Positions 60,550 to 64,000 of a stretch of 64,000 nt of DNA are shown in pieces. The translations under genes were made by a program, and so were the position numbers. The DNA comes from Cetorhinus maximus (lineage: Eukaryota), in contig NC_135884.1 of the NCBI RefSeq assembly GCF_964194155.1, positions 32,054,001-32,118,000 on the forward strand. Direction: 5' to 3'. Below the pieces are notes generated by a model, which was given only the letters and a program-made list of their open reading frames with translations, searched no databases and was not told where the DNA came from. Numbering within the stretch: the stretch's first letter is position 1; each line of letters opens with the position of its first letter.

Positions 60550-61562
60550 TGTTATTACAATTACAAGATTATTATATTTTGGGACTACAACTTTAAATTT
60601 ACAATAAATGAAGGGGGTCATAAAACCTGTTCTGAAGTCTGCCTGACAGTAAGCCTGGGTAGTTTTGTTAGAGATCAAAAGAAGACTTAGATTGTTTTAC
60701 TGTGAAGATGATGCAAGGTATTTACGCTTAAAGACAATAGCAACAGTCTCTGAGTTTGCAATGAGTAGACTCTGAGCATCTCAAAGTTCCAGAAAGGTGT
60801 TACAGGTATTGGGTTGTAAACAGTTGTGCTGTGAACTGTCACTTTACTTTCAAGATGAAAGGGGTATTGGGGTCAAAATAGCTAATTATCATTTCTACCT
60901 GAATGCAAGGTTAACGTGTTTCATGTTGCCACAGGGAAGAGGGCAGAGGAAGCAATTTTTTGAGATCAGGCTACAGGCTTCCCTACAAATCAATGATTAT
61001 CACAGGCAGACAGCAGACGTTCTGTGCGGTTAGCAGAGAGAAAAGGCTGCTTTGGCTTTGCGAGCTACTATAGTCAGATGTGGGAGGGAGATGGTCGCTA
61101 GTCAAAGGGACACACCCTGTAGCCTTTTATGGATTCCGGGAGATTTGTTCTGGAATGTCGGGGGAAGAATAATCATCGGAATAGTGCTGACGGGGGATTT
61201 AAGAATGTATCCGAAAGCCAAGTAAAGTGCCTAGAGATGGTTACGCAAAGTTACTACTCAGTAAAGCAGGGATACAGAAACCCACTAGAAGCTGGGAGCA
61301 ACTGTGGTCTGCTAGTTAAAAGGCCCGTGATACCATGAAAAGTGCTATAGGTAATAAGTATACAAGGGGAATGCCACTTTCTGTAGTTTAAAATACAAGT
61401 TGCCTAAAAAAGAAAATAGTGTTTAGTCAACAGTTTTTTCCAAGTCATGTGTTACGGTAGAAGTTTTAAAACTTGAGATCTTAACATGTTCATTCTTTCA
61501 GCTGTTAACCGGAAGTTCGAATTTCTTTTTAAAAGTTTTCGGTCTTTACAGAGATTGTAACA
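60550..61562 (+). mobile_element. Probable solo LTR (~1 kb) in an old minus-strand CR1 tail
   Basis: TGTTA...TAACA termini; CR1-like flanks on both sides; TSD not clean. Confidence 0.55.
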
Positions 61563-61759
61563 CCCTGTCATAACATTATCTAAATGTTTCTTACATGATT
61601 GCAAGGTCATTGCCTCTACTACATGACTTAGAAATCCATTGCATCCACTGTTCGTTTTCTGTGAAGAGCTTTCTGATGTCAATACTAACTTTGCCCTTCA
61701 TCTGTTTGAATCTGTGCTCTTTGTCTTACTGCTACTGTTAGAATAAATATATTCCTTTA

Positions 61760-64000
61760 AGGTGAATAGGGGCTGCATTAAAATTTAGGGTTTCAGGAGT
61801 AATAGAGATTAAAATCAGGCTTAAAAAGAAGGCATGTGATAGTTATGGCTAACAATACTAAATATAATTATGAGGTATAGAGATAGGGGTAGAGAGAAGA
61901 TTAAATGTGTTAAAAGGAAGTAAGAAAAAAATGAGTAAATAGTAATGATTTTTATAAGATTGTAAAACATAAAAGAAAATTGAAAGGGACAGTTGGACCA
62001 CTCAGGAATGAAGGAAGGAGTTTAATCTACAGGATGAAGATATGACAGGGATATTAAATAAATATTTTGCTTTGGCTTTTACAAATGATGGTGGAGGCAA
62101 GAACAAAAATGTACTGGAGGATAATATGGCACAATTAGTAGGGTTAACAGTGGAAAGTAAATCAATCAGTTTAAAGAAAAGCAGAACTCAGGTGGAGAGG
62201 TCACCAGGCCCTAATGGACTGTACCTGAGACTGTTATGTCAGAGAGAAGACAACAAAGGCACTGGCTAAATTTATCATCGTAAATAGGAAAATTGTGTCA
62301 TAGCATTGTAGAGTAGAGTTGTTTAAAAAGGGAGAGAAAAATAAACTGAGAAACTATCAACTAGTTAGTCTAACGTGAATTGTGGGAAAACTATTAAAGC
62401 GTATTATTCGAGATAAAATCAATAAGCAGTTCAAAAGCAAGGATGGTCCACATGGAATTTTGAAAGGCAAGGCAAATTTAATTTTTCTGAAGACGTGACA
62501 AATTAGACAGATAAAAGGAATGTAATTGATGTAGGGGTGAACGGAGTTAACTCATTTGCACTTTCATTAGAGTTGTGATTGGCATAAATCTTGTGTAGAA
62601 TTGGTGTAATCTGCATGGAAATTAAAGTGAAGCCTTTTAAAATTCATTTCTGTCTGAACATGTCAGCAGCAGGTATGATGGTGCAATACTTGGCTCAGTC
62701 ACCTGACTCTCAGAAAATTTCACTACATGCCTCATCACTCGACTGATATTTTGAAGAATAGCAGGAACATTGGAACAATCAGCTAAATATGGCAGCAGGG
62801 CATGGGCATACCATCCAGTATTTTACAGAGTTGTATATCCAAACACTTCTGGAGATAATAAGAAGACACAGACCATCTGGTATTGTGCCAGTAAATTTGC
62901 CACCTGGATAAAGCACTGATTGTCTCACCCTCAGAGCAGCAGGCCAATGCCACAAGAACTATGGATGTTAGCCTGTGAGGCTGACACAACCAAAGCAGAA
63001 CAACTTCAATAACCTCACCAGGGGAGGCAAGGTAACACACCGGATGGCTCTACTTTTCTTTCCCTGCTCACTTTGGGCACCAGCACATTCTTCAACATTT
63101 TAAAAGAGGAGTACTTGTACATCCAACCATTCATAATGAATTCTGGTTATGGGGGGTTGGTGGGGGTGGACGGAGAGACTTGATTTTGGATTCTTGCACT
63201 TTAACGCTGCCTGTTCTCCTTTGTATTTCTGATCCTCCTCTTCCATGATAATTGCATACAAGGGTATGCTTATAGGGAATGCCATACTTGCTCCAGAAAA
63301 ACTTTCATATGGACAGAGATTTGGGGGAATTTGGCAGTGCCGTCATATGCGGTGGGAAACAATTTTCAGGTCTGTAAAGGTAGAATACCAAAAATCATTC
63401 TGAAACATGTTTTTAGTGCTAGAAATCACTAATCAGATTCTCTAGACTCTTCAAGCTTATTGCTGCATGTCTCAGCTGATCCTGGCAACTGGTGTGTCAG
63501 ATAAATCTCAGCCTGCGTTATCCTGAGTGCTTTGAGAATGCAAAAGCCATTGACCTTCATTACTATATATTTAAATGAGAGCACTTGGCTGGTTCAGGGG
63601 AAGATGACAGAAGTAAGCTAATGAGGGAAATCTGGCAGAAATTACCTCTGCTCAAATTTGCTTTCACAAAATTTTACTCGCCCTGATTATGAAATGGAAA
63701 AACAGCGAGGAAATCCCTTTCATGTACAGGCATTTTCAACAGGCATTCAATAAATTCAGGTGTGTGTTACAATAAGAAATTTGCACTATGGGTAAAAGGT
63801 AGTCTTATAGAGGGGAAGCAAATAGGCAAAATTGGTGGAGTTCAAGTTGGAGAAAGATTGTAAACACTGAACCCCAGATTAGTGCTTCAATCCACTTTTG
63901 GACTCTGTATACAAAGATGATTTGTACTTGGCTATAGGGAACACAATCTTAAAATTTGTTGGTGATAACCGAAATGCTCATTAGTGCAACAGTGACAAGG
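61760..64000 (+). mobile_element. Very old CR1 RT remnant (~61760-62533 and ~63720-64000)
   Basis: ILNKYFALAFT..RSPGPNGLY.RLL; ENYQLVSLT; KFVGD near 63955. Confidence 0.7.
62534..63719. mobile_element. ~1.2-kb insertion in CR1, possibly a Harbinger derivative
   Basis: CR1 sequence breaks at gatgta|gggg and resumes after gaaatccc; identity of the insert is weak. Confidence 0.35.

Overview
Eukaryotic, repeat-dense vertebrate DNA. The repeat families (CR1 with SGNH-esterase ORF1, L2, Deu-type SINEs, Penelope-like elements, Harbinger elements and MITEs, Gypsy LTR elements) suggest a cartilaginous fish; this is an inference. Most of the window is decayed, often nested transposable elements. Between them lies a spliced minus-strand gene of about 40 kb: ATG at 43321 and 9 candidate exons down to 3441, most with matching intron phases. 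It is disabled by in-frame stops, frameshifts and a 3.3-kb CR1 inserted inside an exon. By eye the protein resembles a signal-anchored, tubulin-tyrosine-ligase (TTL/ATP-grasp)-like protein of the CPED1-N-terminus/TTLL15 type; this is unverified. Other points: minimal hammerhead ribozymes in Penelope-type repeats, a Gypsy element lacking RT and RNase H, a solo LTR with tandem tRNA-Pro PBS-like motifs, a Harbinger split by nested insertions, and a CpG-rich MITE family. No prokaryotic features, tRNA/rRNA genes or CRISPR arrays were seen. Boundaries of old fragments are approximate.
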